NCBI GenBank assembly: GCA_032718475.1
Contig: JAUCBJ010008450.1
Location: 64,446 to 128,445 of the forward strand
DNA: 64,000 nucleotides
Direction: 5' to 3'
From: Nemertoderma westbladi
Lineage: Eukaryota; Animalia; Xenacoelomorpha
The notes under the pieces are model-generated. The model saw only the letters and a program-made list of their open reading frames with translations. It was not told where the DNA came from and did not search any database. A program made the position numbers and the translations under genes. Positions within the stretch are counted from its first letter, which is position 1; the number at the start of each line of letters is the position of its first letter. Below, in pieces: positions 11,851-25,000 of the stretch.

Positions 11851-12087
11851 CCAGTTATGAGATACAAATTAAAATTGAGCGACTGTATCACAAAATCAGT
11901 AGTTGAGAAATTTAACCACACCGCCAATCAATCAAAGACAGGGGGACAGTACATGTTCAGCCCTTTTAATCTGCACCCCCCCCCCCCCCCCCCCCTCCTC
12001 CCCTTCACACCAACCAATACATAACCGCGACATCTACCACCCACGGGCTGAAGGGGCGGAAGGGTAGCGCAAACTTATTTCCAATCG

Positions 12088-12450
12088 CACGTTCAATATG
12101 CGAAGCCATGTGGTTTATAGGAATATAATAAACGCAGTACTCGTCTTCATTATAAGCCTCATTGAGTTCGTCCTGTTTTGTATTAAAAAATAAATTTCTT
12201 AAACGCAGGCTGACGATTTTTATAATAATAATAACAAGGGATGCGTTCAATATGTGAAGCCAGGTGGTTTATATAATAATAATAGTAAACGCAGTACTCG
12301 TCTTCATTATAAGTGTTGTTGTGCTCGTCCTGTTTTGTATTTAAATATCTTTCCTAAACGAAGACTGACGATCTTTATAATGCGTTCAATAGGCGAAGCC
12401 AGGTATGGTTTTGGTTTATAGGAATATAGTCTACGCAGCACTCATTCCTC
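12088..12450. repeat. Degenerate ~140-150 bp tandem repeat (~2.5 copies)
   Basis: CGTTCAATA..GAAGCCA..GGTTTATA..ACGCAG recurs near 12091, 12244 and 12383. Confidence 0.7.
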
Positions 12451-12893
12451 ATGAGCCCGAGTTATAGTGTGGCAATGTAGATGCAGTAGTTGCACCCGAC
12501 CAGCCGGAAACTCGGAGCAATAGGCCTACTGCTTGTACAATGCGTGTCAATTTCAACACCGCCGGGCACTGGGTGATATTAAAAAGCAGTATTAAAAAGG
12601 CAGAGTGAGATTAAAAAACCGGATTATTTCATCCTCGGTTACGGTTAGTCCAGTTTGCTGTAACATTACACTGTGAACAATTTGAAATGTTTTGTAAGCT
12701 AGGACACATCTCTCTCTGCCTTGCTTTCTTAAATGGTAGCTAAATGTGTACCAGTATTCTCTAGAGTGTATAATTCTGGGGGAACCTCATTGGAAATTGT
12801 TTTTCTTTGACTCCATGTATATAATAATTTTTCAATAAATTATACCCATCTTTCTATGCTTTGCAATGGAATTCCATGTATTTACCTTTGTAG

Positions 12894-13029
12894 GTTGGAA
12901 GACTATGGTGGAGTTGAGGAAACATTTTCAGTTGGAGTTGGAGATGGAGAATACCCCGTGGCATCAAACCTTCACTATCTGGATAACAAAGTATCTTCTG
13001 TTAAACTTATTAGCCCCATGAATTCAAAT
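12894..13029 (+). CDS. Crystallin-domain gene exon (phase 2 in, 0 out)
   Basis: tttgtag|g..aat|gtaagt; LEDYGGVEETFSVGVGDGEYPVASNLHYLDNKVSSVKLISPMNSN. Confidence 0.85.
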
Positions 13030-16000
13030 GTAAGTCAATAATAACTTATAATAAAATTCTTCCTTAATTCTTTGGTTAATAATAATCATAATAGTAAGCT
13101 ATATAAGATGTTCAAGTTTCTTTCCCAGTTGGTTCATCATGCTGGCCTGGTATCCCCTGGTATCAACTGATCTGGACACGCAGTATAGGAACTCACACTG
13201 TATGTAAAGCTTTCTTTTCGGGGGAAAGTATGGTAACAATGAGGGAGTGGGAGACGTTCAATCGGAGGGCTGCAAATGCCTCAATATCCAAAAGGGATGC
13301 AACTCTTTCACATCAATGTGAGCTGTGTGAATTAACCACAGCGGTAGATACATCATCCTGGCTGAATTCCAAACCCCTTACACTCCAGGATACCAGATAA
13401 CAGATTGACAAGAAAGAGTTCCGCGATGCTCTTTGCCTTCGATATGGTTGGACTCAGAAGAACCTCAGTGTTTTAAATGTTCTGTTGTATCCCACTGGAG
13501 GATTCCCCACCATCAGAGGATTCCCCACGATCATCAACACTCCCTAGAGGTAGCCCATAGCAGTGGAATACCTACTGTAGCCATTATTGGGGTGTGAATA
13601 GGTGAGATGGAGCTAGCTATGGAAATCTACACAAATTTTCTCTGCCATTGGTGGTGCTGCTCCATCTGGAACTCATTTTGTTTCATGCTTGCCTAAAAAT
13701 TTTCAGAAAAGCTGGAGATCTGATCTATACTCTGCTGGGTTTGACATAAGTTGACATTCTCGATAATGCATTCAGTGTTGCTATGCCTCATTGGGTGATG
13801 CTCTACATCGCATCAGCCAGTGTAGTGCAAAATAGCAGACACATACATCCTCCTAGCCATCACCCACTCTTACCCAGAGATTGAACTAAAAACTCTACCA
13901 TCTACAAAATTTAACATTTGTTTTGTTGTTGCATATTTTTAACAGTTTGATATATCATAATATTAAATATATTAAAAGTTAAGAGCAAAAAAAGGCTTGT
14001 CTCAGGGAATGGTCAGGTATTGTTTTTTGGAGAAGATATCCATTAATGGTATGGGATGGATGAAGACATAGTCTCCGCGCTAGCAGAATTACGAAATCAG
14101 CCTTGTCATGGAATGACTGGTCCTCTGTGTGCAACAGTCCAGTGTGAGATCCGTCTTTACACTAAAGCTGAACAACAGGGATGAGGTTCTCATCTGTGAG
14201 GCAACAGTACACTGCGAGGGCTATACCATCTTCAAAGAAGCAGTTAAGTTAGCAGCTGCAGAAAGAGTTCCTGCATACCCTCGAAACGGATGTAGGACAA
14301 TTCGGTCCCGGACAATTCGGTCCGGACAATTCGGTCCCGGACAATTCGGTCCCGTACATTTCGGTCCCAAAACACTAAATAAATGGGACCGAATTGTCGG
14401 GGACCGAATTGTCGGGGACCGAATTGTCGGGGACCGAATTGTCCTAGGACCGAATTGTCCTAGGACCGAATTGTCCTAGGACCGAATTGTCTGGGACCGA
14501 ATTGTCCGGGACCGAATTGTCCGGTTCCTGATAGCAACTTTTTAGTGCTTTTTTGATATTGGTGAATGTTCTAGAATATTAGTAGAGATATTTGTTATGG
14601 TAGCTAGTCTTATTTACTTGCTAGAATTTTTTGAAATTTTAAAAATACTGTATTTTTTTTTTATTTTTGTTATTGGAAGAGAATATTATTATATATTATT
14701 TATTAAGGTGTAGCTAGTGTTTTTATTTTACTAGCTAGCATTTCCTTGAAATTATAAAAACACTTGTGAAAACATTGATATTTCAGAATTAGGCCTAAAC
14801 TGTTGCTGATTATATTAATTACCAACAATATTGATGATATTATAACAGTCCCTGAATGAGATCCAGCTATTATCTAGGATAATAGTTTAGGCTTGTTACC
14901 AACCAACAACACATACAGTATACTTACGCAGTATATAAAAAAATTCAGCTTTAAACATTTTAAATACATACTATTACTAGCTAGTAAATAATTCAAAAGC
15001 TCCATAAAAACACCATAGCTACCATAAATAATAATGTTAACAAAAAAAAGTAAATTTTTTTTATTTTTAAAAAAATACTAGCTAGTAAAAAAAACACTAG
15101 CTACCATATAATAATATATATTAAGGTTCTAGAACATTCACCATTATATAGTACCAATTAAATTTGGTCCCGGACAATTCGGTCCTGGACAATTCGGTCC
15201 CGGACAATTCGGTCCCGGACAATTCGGTCCCGGACAATTCGGTCCCATTAAAAAGCATGTTTTGGGACCGAATTGTCCTAGTCAGTATCCGGACAATTCT
15301 GTCCCGGACAATTCGGTCCCAAAACACAAAATTAATGGGACCGAATTGTCCGGGACCGAATTGTCCGGTGCCGAATTGTCCGGACCGAATTGTCCGGGAC
15401 CGAATTGTCCTGCTTCCCGTCGAAACAGGAAAAAGGTCCCCAGGACTGACCACAGAATTCGGAAGTGCATACTGATAGGCATACGAGGGCAGACAAGGAT
15501 GCAGTTAAGGCTGCTTCTAGGTCCCTTAACAGACAGTGCGCTGATAATCTGAAGGAGCTTATCAATGAGCAGTTTGAAGCCATTAACAATCCTTATGATA
15601 GCAGGCAATCAGTTCAGGTATGATAATCAATAAACCAGCTCACTGGGAGGAAAAGCCAACCAACCACCAAGGTTGCAGCTGAATCTCCAGCTGAATGCCT
15701 CAGAGGTTGGAAGGCACACTTTGAGAAGCTTCTAAACAATGACAAGGATTGTCTGATAACTTTGAGGTACATCATATACCTAAATCTGTGTTCACAGATA
15801 TCCCCATTGGTGAAATCTCCTTTGCTGAAATCAAGACTGCAACTAGGAGCATCAAGACCAATCGTGTCAGTGAAGTAGTAGTGAAAACAAATAAGTTTGT
15901 CCCAGCCCCAAAGAAGGACAACAAAACAACCCATGGATCTTTTAGTGGAATCTCGCTAATCTCGATTGCTGCAAAGCTATACAACTGAATTCTATTAAAT

Positions 16001-19000
16001 TATATCATTGATAGTAACAATGTGTTGGCAAGCTGTATTTATCGAGGTGTTTGTTATTATACATTTATTATAGGAAGGGATCTAGGGGTCTTAACCTCGA
16101 ATGGGCCATTCGAGGTTAAGACCCCTAGATCCCTTCCTATAATAAATGTATAATAAATTATATCAGGGATCCTGTTGAGAGACTGTTACGTGGGAACCAA
16201 AATGGGTTCCCTAAAGGTTGTGGAACCATGGAGTCTATTCTGGCACTTATAAGGATAATCGAAGAGTTATCAATAAAGAAAGACAGTGAAGTGAAATCCC
16301 AGAGTCCCTAGTTTCTCTAATAAAATGTTATGGTCAATGGAATTAAACGGAATAAATTTAGAAAACCGACCGCAACATATTTGTTTTTATCCTGTTGGTC
16401 GCACCAGGTTTCAGTAGCTAGGGTCACTGCGTCTGTGGCCGAGAAACCTTTCCGAAAACCAAATTGTCTGGGATAAAATTTGTTGTTTTTATTTAAGTAT
16501 GCAGTCATTTGATCCAGTAGTATTTTTTCAATAATTTTAGCAAAAGGTGAAGTTATGGCAATTGGTCTATAATTTGTTGGGCCTTTTTTAAATACGGGAA
16601 TGATGTCAGCTAATTTAAGTCTGTCTGGAAATTACAAGGTCCAGAAGATTTATTTGAGTTTTGGTTACATATTACAGTATCTAAGGTAAGGGAAGAAATG
16701 CAATTGAAGGAAAATTGTTGACTGTGTTGTACTGTAGAAACCGCTGGGATAATTAATGGCATGGATTTATTTACATTTTGTGAAATTTCTACAAATTCTC
16801 CTAAACGAATAAATCTGTAAGTACCGGGATTTTTTTAACTTGCATGACAATCCATCTCTCCAGTAGTAAACCAAACCCACTCCACAATGATGAGGTTGTT
16901 AATCCCTCATCTGATGAAGTTCAGGAAATTGTTCCCCCCAACTGGGAGTGTGATGCAGGACCATGTATGCCGAACCAAGGTTTGCAAAACTCTTGGAATC
17001 ACTGTCACGGTCGTCCGGGAAGTTATGGACGAAATAAAATTCCAGTCTCTAATCAATTTAACCAGCTTGTTGGGCTGGATTCGCCCCTTACACCTGGCAG
17101 TGGTCCAGGCCACGTTCCCCCATTGGGATCTCAAGGTGTTGCCGAGGCCGACAACAATAGTCGTATGTCCTGATAAGATGCTGCTGTAGGTACCCCACCT
17201 GTAACACATCGCAGCCCTTTGTCAGAGGTAGTCTATACAGACAGTCAGTGTAGGCTGATTGACAAGTTGGGGTTTACCGTCATTGGTCCTAATGGGCGAC
17301 CGATAAAGTTTACACAGCAGCGCCGTGCCCTGGTGCACACACCAGTGGAAACAGAAGTTCAGTCTTCTAATCATTCGGGTCTTGGGTCCAATAACAACTC
17401 CAACAGTGGTAGACACCGGCAATAGCGGATTCCTACTAAAGGTACATGTACATCAGTGGAAGGTCTCGAATCGATACCGATGGCACAACGTTCAAGGAAA
17501 TTATATCTCTCTGGGATTGCCCCAAATGTTGATCCAGATAAATGCGGATTCGATGGTCAATGTGACAGTGCCACATCGCTGGACACCAGGTGGTCATGTT
17601 TCATTATTACATGTAAGGAGGGTGACCACGATGTTTAATTACAGCCAGATAGCTGGCCTGTTGATGCATCTATTCACTTGTATTTTTCTCCTAGGAATCC
17701 TCCTGTCACTAGACCTAATTTGGGTTATCTCTTCTCCTTCAGGGTCTCCTAATCGGGAGGGGTCTCCTAAGTAATGATTGTAATTGATATTTTTACAAAA
17801 ATAATTTATACTTTTTATATTTATATATATATTTTTTACTATCTTTTTATAAATAAATGCAATGGATAATACAAAGTTAAATATAGCAAGCTATAACTGT
17901 AATTCAATCAGGACAACACAGTCTAAAATAATCATTAATGAGTTGTACAATAGCTTTGATATTTTATTGCTCCAGGAATTGCAACTTCCTAAACAAGAGC
18001 TTTCAATTCTCTCTAATATTAATGATGAGTTTTTGGGTCAAGGGTTCTCCCAGACTGATTATGAGTCAGGTCTACTACGTGGTAGATCAGCCGGCAGCCT
18101 AGGCTTTTGGTGGCGGAAATCTCTGGCTCATGCTATTGAAATTGTAAACTTTAATGATCCCCATATGTGTGGTGCAATTTTAAAGTTAACAAATAAGGAT
18201 AAACTACTTATAATAAATGTTTACTGACGCGACCTTATGATTGTTGTGAAAATATAGATTTGTTCAGTGATTGTCTAGGTAAACTTAAATATCTTCTTGA
18301 AATGGAAAATTACTCACACTGTTTAATTATGGGTGACTTCAATGCAGACCCATTTAGGGAAAGGTTCCGTAAATTTTCTCAGTGGTGTAATACTTCAAAT
18401 GTTACTGTAGCTGATGTTATGTATCTGCCCCGCGATAGATGTTCATGGGAGTACATCATGGCTGGATCACGGTGTTTGCTCACCTACATGCCTAGATCTG
18501 CTAAGCGAAGTTAAGAATGTTTATTATCTTGCTATATCGGATCATATGCCAGTTACTTTGTCGTTGAATGCGGATGTTTCACCTGCAGACAGCACTTGTG
18601 ACAATAACTGTATAAATTCATTAAATTATTCTGAGTCTGATTTCAAATTCTATTCATGGACTACAAACTTTTGAATTCCAAGAAGTCAAAATGTATATGT
18701 CACATTCCGAAATCTTACACAGTCACTCGCTATGCCAATATTAAATTATATGGTGCGAATATCGAAATCGTGGACTCTTTCAATTATCTAGGTCACATTT
18801 TGTGCTCATCCACCGATGATGACATCGACATTACCAAGCAGTTGCACTTGTATGCAAGAGCAAACTCTCTTGTGAGAAAATTTGGTAAAGCATCCATTTG
18901 TGTCAAGGTTGCGCTTTTTAGCGCTTATTTAACCCCAATTTACAGCAATAGCCTTTGGGCTTAGAGTAACTACTCACACCGTGTCCATGAAAAGACTGTG

Positions 19001-22000
19001 CTACTGACAACTGTGCTAGATTATTATTTAATATTCCCTATTTAACGAATGATGAACCAACCAGTAGTGGATACATTTGGTGAGCTTAATTTACCAATGT
19101 TTTGTGATCTAATACACAAATCTGTCGCTAGGTGATATAAGAGGGTCGTGGCTTCACCCAACAGTTTAATACGTGCTGTGTTTTCTGTTTGTAGGAATCT
19201 TGAGACGCATCTTAAAGGACACTGGCCTTGAAGATGCAGGTGATCCAGCAAATGTCATGGTTGATAGGGAGTTGTGGTGGCGCAATTTTGTTGACAAGCT
19301 GGCACATCATTCTTAAAAATGCAGCTGCAATGCAGCATGCCGATCCTAGTAGTAGGTCTTTGAGGTTTCAGGGTCCTCTTATCTGGAACTCGCTGCACAG
19401 TGACTTCTAAGCACTCAAAAACATAAATATTTTTCGATCACACCTAAAAAAACTTACGTTTAATCAACTTGATACATAAATGAGTTCAGCTTTCACTTAT
19501 TTTATTGATTAGATGGCTCAGTTCAGCTCAGTATCAGTAATAAAAAAAATAAATGCATATTTTGGCTTGATCATTAATTTATATTTACAATATTGTTATT
19601 GTTGTATCGTTGAATTATTTTTTACCATTTGGCACAGGTGGTCTTGGTCATTCGTCCATTTTAGCTACATTGCCGGTAGTATGCCCCTCTTTCCTTAGGC
19701 TCTTCAGTGGAACTCAGGCAGCACTAGCTATGCGATTTGCCTGGTTCCACTGAATATTATATATTTAATTGTTTAATTGTTAAACTGTTTTTATAATTAA
19801 GGAAATAAATATTCAATTCATTTTAAATATATTTGTAATATATATAATGCAGCTGCAATGCAGCATAATGATCATAGTATCAGTAGTAGTGGAATTAGAT
19901 GAAGATTCGTTGTTCCTGTAATAGTAATAATATTAATATTAATCTATTGACTGATTTAGACTGAAACTGATAATTTCAAGTAATTGCACCCGGCAGTGAA
20001 TTCCTCCTATATGTCCAACTTACAGTACATAAATGCAAGAGAAGCAAGTGTCAACATTACTACTACTACTAGGTCAATGGTTGTCAAGTTTCCATCAACA
20101 TTAATTAGCATCGAGAAAATCGAATGTGTCTGTCAAAGTAAATTTCAAGGGCAGTGCCTTCTTTAGCCAAAAGTCCATCCCCTTAGCTAACTTGTAGGTG
20201 TAGCAGCTCTTTGTGGACAACATCGGATGCATGGGTACTCCTTCCTTGTGTATTTTGGCCAACTAATATATTCTAGAATTACAACTCAAATTTAAGAATG
20301 ATGTTTCATGAATGATGAACATATCATTCCCAAGTTTACCCATATACGAATTCCTGAACCACTTGTTTGTTACTCTGAATCGTTTGCTCGGCAAAGGCGA
20401 AACATCGTGAGGAAATGCTTACGATCCTTGAAGGGCGAAGTTGCTCGCATCTCTACAAAACTTGACAGACTTTACGATGTCGTTAGTACAATACTCGCAC
20501 CGATAGTATGCCAGGCAGTATTCGAACACATTAGGCGAACTAATGCATCACAGATTAAAGATAAAAACAATGACTGAGGAAAAAACTTGAAAATCTTCTA
20601 CAATATAAAGAGAGTGGAAACAAGTTTACTAAGGAAAACACAGTCATTAATAGATTGAGTAGAATTCTTTCCAATACGGAATTGGACTGTCTAAAACTGG
20701 GTTTCAATATGTCTATTGGATTTAAAAAAGTTGACTCCATGAAAGTCAAATTGAATTGGAATGATTTTTTCAGAATTTGTTACGTCTTCAGGAGGATGAC
20801 CTTAGCCCATCACAATGTATGGAACATAGAGCACTTATTAAGTCTCTTATTTTGGGCTACACTAGCCAACCTCCAGTGCATTTAAGTAACATTGAGAATA
20901 CATTGCTTAATCTGTCTAAAGACACATCGATTTATGTCTGTAAATTCGATAAAGGAAATGGAACTGTAATTTTAGATAGAGAAGAATATATTCAAAAAAT
21001 GAATTTAATTTTGAACGTCTCAACTAAGCTTGATAAGTATCAATGTCATCCTAGACAAACTCGTGATACTACTTGTGTAATAGAGGATAAGTTCAATGAT
21101 TCTCTAAAGTCATGTGAATTACCAGAACGTAAGTATAAACAACTTAAGGTGGTGGGAAGTCAACCTGCGAGGTTGTACGGGTTGGCGAAAATACACAAGG
21201 AAGGAGTACCCATGCATCCGATTTTGTCCGCAACGAGCTGCTACACCTACAAGTTAGCTAAGGAGATGGACTTTTGACTAAAGAAGGCACTGCCCTTGAA
21301 ATTTACTTTGACAGACACATTCGATTTTCTTGATGCTCTTCAAAGATTTTGTTGGCTTTGGGGCACTTTGATAAATTGGATGGACATTTTTTCAAGTTTA
21401 ATATCGTTGATTATATTCAGAAAGATGATCTCGCGATGGGTTTACCATTGGCATGCACTCTTGCTGTATTTTTCATGTTTATGCTTGAATATCGATTTGT
21501 TGAATGTGACCATGATATCCTTCCCGAGTTATATAAAAGACTCATAGATGGCTCTATTCTCACATTTGATCCAGGAGGAAACCGACCGTCATCATTCCTA
21601 GATTTTATGAATTCATTAGGTCCTAGTGCCAAGTTCACTATGGAAACTGAGAAGGAAGGACGTCTTCCATTCCTGGATGTTTTAGTTGAATGAACACAGA
21701 CTGGTTTTTCAACCGAGTGGTATACAAAGCCCACTCACACTGGACTTTATACACCTGAACAGAGTATTTACTCACCCAAAATATAAATGGTCCCTCTTAT
21801 TTACTTTATTTTGGCGGGTCCTGATCATATATAGCACTCATTATGTGGCTGCCTACACCTAGTAGGCCTACTTATGCAATCTGTAGGAAGCAGACAGCAC
21901 ACTCTACATATGTCGTTACCAGTACCGTACCGCGGACTGGACCGGTTTCACTCATTCTGTGGCTGCCTACACCTAGTAGGCCTACTTATGCAATCTGTAG

Positions 22001-25000
22001 GAAGGAGACAGCACACTCTACATATGTCATTACCAGTACCGAACCAAGGACTGGACCGGTTTCACTCATTCTGTGGCTGCATACACCTAGTAGGCCTACG
22101 TATGCAATCTGTAGGAAGCAGACAGCACACTACATATGTTGTTACTGGTACTGTACCGTTACCAGTACTGGTATAATATACGATTTCTAACAAATATAAC
22201 TTCGAAACTTGAAAATAATATGAACATATTCGTTTTAAATAAAGTACCTGTACTTCACTTTCAGGCTCTCGTTCACTCTCATTTCATTCTGTAGCTCGTT
22301 CATGGAAATATCCCCACTCGAGCTGGTATGATACTGTGCTACTATATTTAAATAGAATTATATTATTGACTAAATTGCACCAGGCAGTAATATTCTCACA
22401 TAAATTTATAATTAAGTAATTAAGTGTCGCTATGAAGCATATACTACTACTATTTAATTAGTAACTACCTATACTAAATTTTAAGTCATTAAGTAAGGGT
22501 CGCTATGAAGCTAATACTACAGTACTGCTATTTAATAATGAAATAATAATAAACTGATTTAGTTTCATGATAATGTTAAATAACTAGTTTTTTCTGAAAA
22601 TCAATATTATATGTAATTTGTAATGGAGTAGATTCAAACAGCGCACCGTATCAGAGTAGATAATGGCGTCAAGGGATGTTCAAAATCCTCCAGTATGGTA
22701 TTTGGTAGTCCTTGGTATGCAGTTTACAGATACTGTATCTCATTGAAGATTAAAAGTAATTTTATTTGTCTCTTTATTAATTTACATTTATTATTTTAAG
22801 ATCTGCAATGAAATTACATTGTATGATGAACCCTACTTTGGCGGTAAATCAAAAACGCTGTTTGTTTCTGGAGGGTACAAATATCTTGGGGACCTCGACC
22901 AAAAAACTTCTAGTATTCAGGTTAGATTTTCATAATGCAGCTCCTTTCATCTGCTATGGAATTAATAATTGAGTAGAATGAAGAATGAGACATGAAAGAA
23001 GATTATATACTATTATTTCCGAATTTGGTAGAACAGCCACACCCCCCTGCCCCCCTCCCCCTTTTCCTTCTAAACGCCCTCCAATATTTCTGTATACTTC
23101 CAATTCTCGCTGCTGTTGGGTTCCACTAGCATTGCTATTTTCTCAACTGTGTATGCAGCGTTCTCCCTCCAATAACTCACAATTATTACACTTATGTGCA
23201 AATTTAATTTTAATCTTTGGAACTAGCGTAAGAAGTAAATACATGTTAACAAATAAATGTATAAAGAAAATAAACTAATCATATAATTGAATTTATACCA
23301 CTATATTAGTATAAATACTAATGGTATTTATTTAACCTTATAGATTAGGTGTGGATCCTGGATTCTGTACACAGGAATCCTCTTCACCGGAGAATATATC
23401 ATCCTCGACCCAGGTAGCTATGAACGATCCATCGATTTCGATCCTTATTTTGAAAACAAGATACGTTCATTAAGGCCCTTACCAGAGGTTAGATACCATT
23501 AATTAAGTTTAAATAATCTTTACTATTTATTGTTTGATGGTGAATAAAACAATGATGGAAAAGTATCATTGTATAATGTGGCTGACAGCCAATATGTTTT
23601 TCTACTGTATAAAACTGAAGGTTACAGAAGTCAGGAACTGGAGTCTTCAACCCCTAATGAAAACTCTTAATGTAATCCAAAGTACAAGATTATGCACTGG
23701 CTGGTCCTCACGGCGAAGGCAATGTCCTGCAAAGCGGAGGCGATTTTGTTCTAGTGTCAAGCTTGGGGGAATCAATGAGACACCTCCAATGTTATATAGT
23801 GTGTGGTTGGAGATGTGTGCATTTTACTTGACACAATGTACCCGGCATAGCATTCTTGTGAATGTGCCATCCAGAGATTTGGTGTCCTCAGCAGATAGAG
23901 CCCAGCATGGACTCCCATATAGGAGTACTGCAACTACTGCTGCTCTAAATAATCGGACCTTAAGTTTCCGATTAATTCTCGGTGACTTTCAAATCCTTGA
24001 AAGCCTATTCAAGGCTGCCCATGCCTTTCCCTTACGTATTCGAAGGTCCTCACCTGACTTCCGGATCCATGATCCCAGGTAACAGAAGTCATCCACATGC
24101 TCAAGCATACCATCTTTTGAGCTTATGCTCATCCGATCAGAGACTTGTTGAGGACTTTCAAAGTTAACTGTCAAAATTTTGGTCTTTCTGGAGTTAATAA
24201 AAAGACCAACACTAGAAGCAGCATGTTCTAATGAGCTGAGGAGCCATCAGCAGTCATCAGCAAAGTCTAGATCAGTTAGGTACTTGGCAGGATTTCCTCG
24301 ACTTCTGGAGCCAGTAGCTGGAGTTATCATCACCCCATCATCATTATGATGATCTAAGGACATGCGTAGAACATAGTCAACAACAATTATGAACAGGAAT
24401 GGTGCAAGTGTGTCTCCCTGGAGGACGCCCCATAACACTTCAAATGGTTCTGTGTCACCGTCAACAGTAGACACAAATGTTGTCGAACCATTGTATACTG
24501 ATCTGATTGCTGCAATAATTTCATCAGGAATCCCATATAATGAAAGTATGCTGAACATACGTGAGCGAGAGACTGAATCAAAGGCCTTGAAGAAGTCAAC
24601 AAAGATAACAGCCAGATGCCTGTCTTTCTAATAATAATAATAATAATATAATAATAATTTCTTTATTGATCCTTAAAACCAGAGAATTTATGATAAAAAA
24701 TTGCACTGGGCATTCAATGTATACACACTAAATGATTATTTGGAACAATAGCGTCAGTGTACAGGAGCAACTATGTTACTCCTATGTATGTAATACCGGA
24801 AATAAGACATGTACAGTAGATATAATAAATAAATAAAAAAAATTTAGTTGAGCACAAATATTACTACCCCCCCCCCCCACCCCCGCTGAACCATGCAGAA
24901 ACCTTGGTTTCGTTATGGAGCAGTTACCCCCCCCCCCCCCCCCCCCCCCCTCCCTCTGGCAGACAATAAAGAGCCTCCAGCTAAGTTACTTCTTCTCGAC

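Larger units (their letters stand above)
13990..16290 (+). mobile_element. Degenerate RTE LINE internal fragment, interrupted by a Foldback element and a palindromic insert
   Basis: QQSSVRSVFTLKL, FVPAPKK..SFSGISLISIAAKLYN and RDPVERLLRGNQNGF match the RTE copy at 30585-31148. Confidence 0.75.

Noticed and set aside
14129-15608. ORFs with GQFGP / DNSVP / GTELS repeats
   Set aside because: Translations of the 15-bp Foldback subrepeats.
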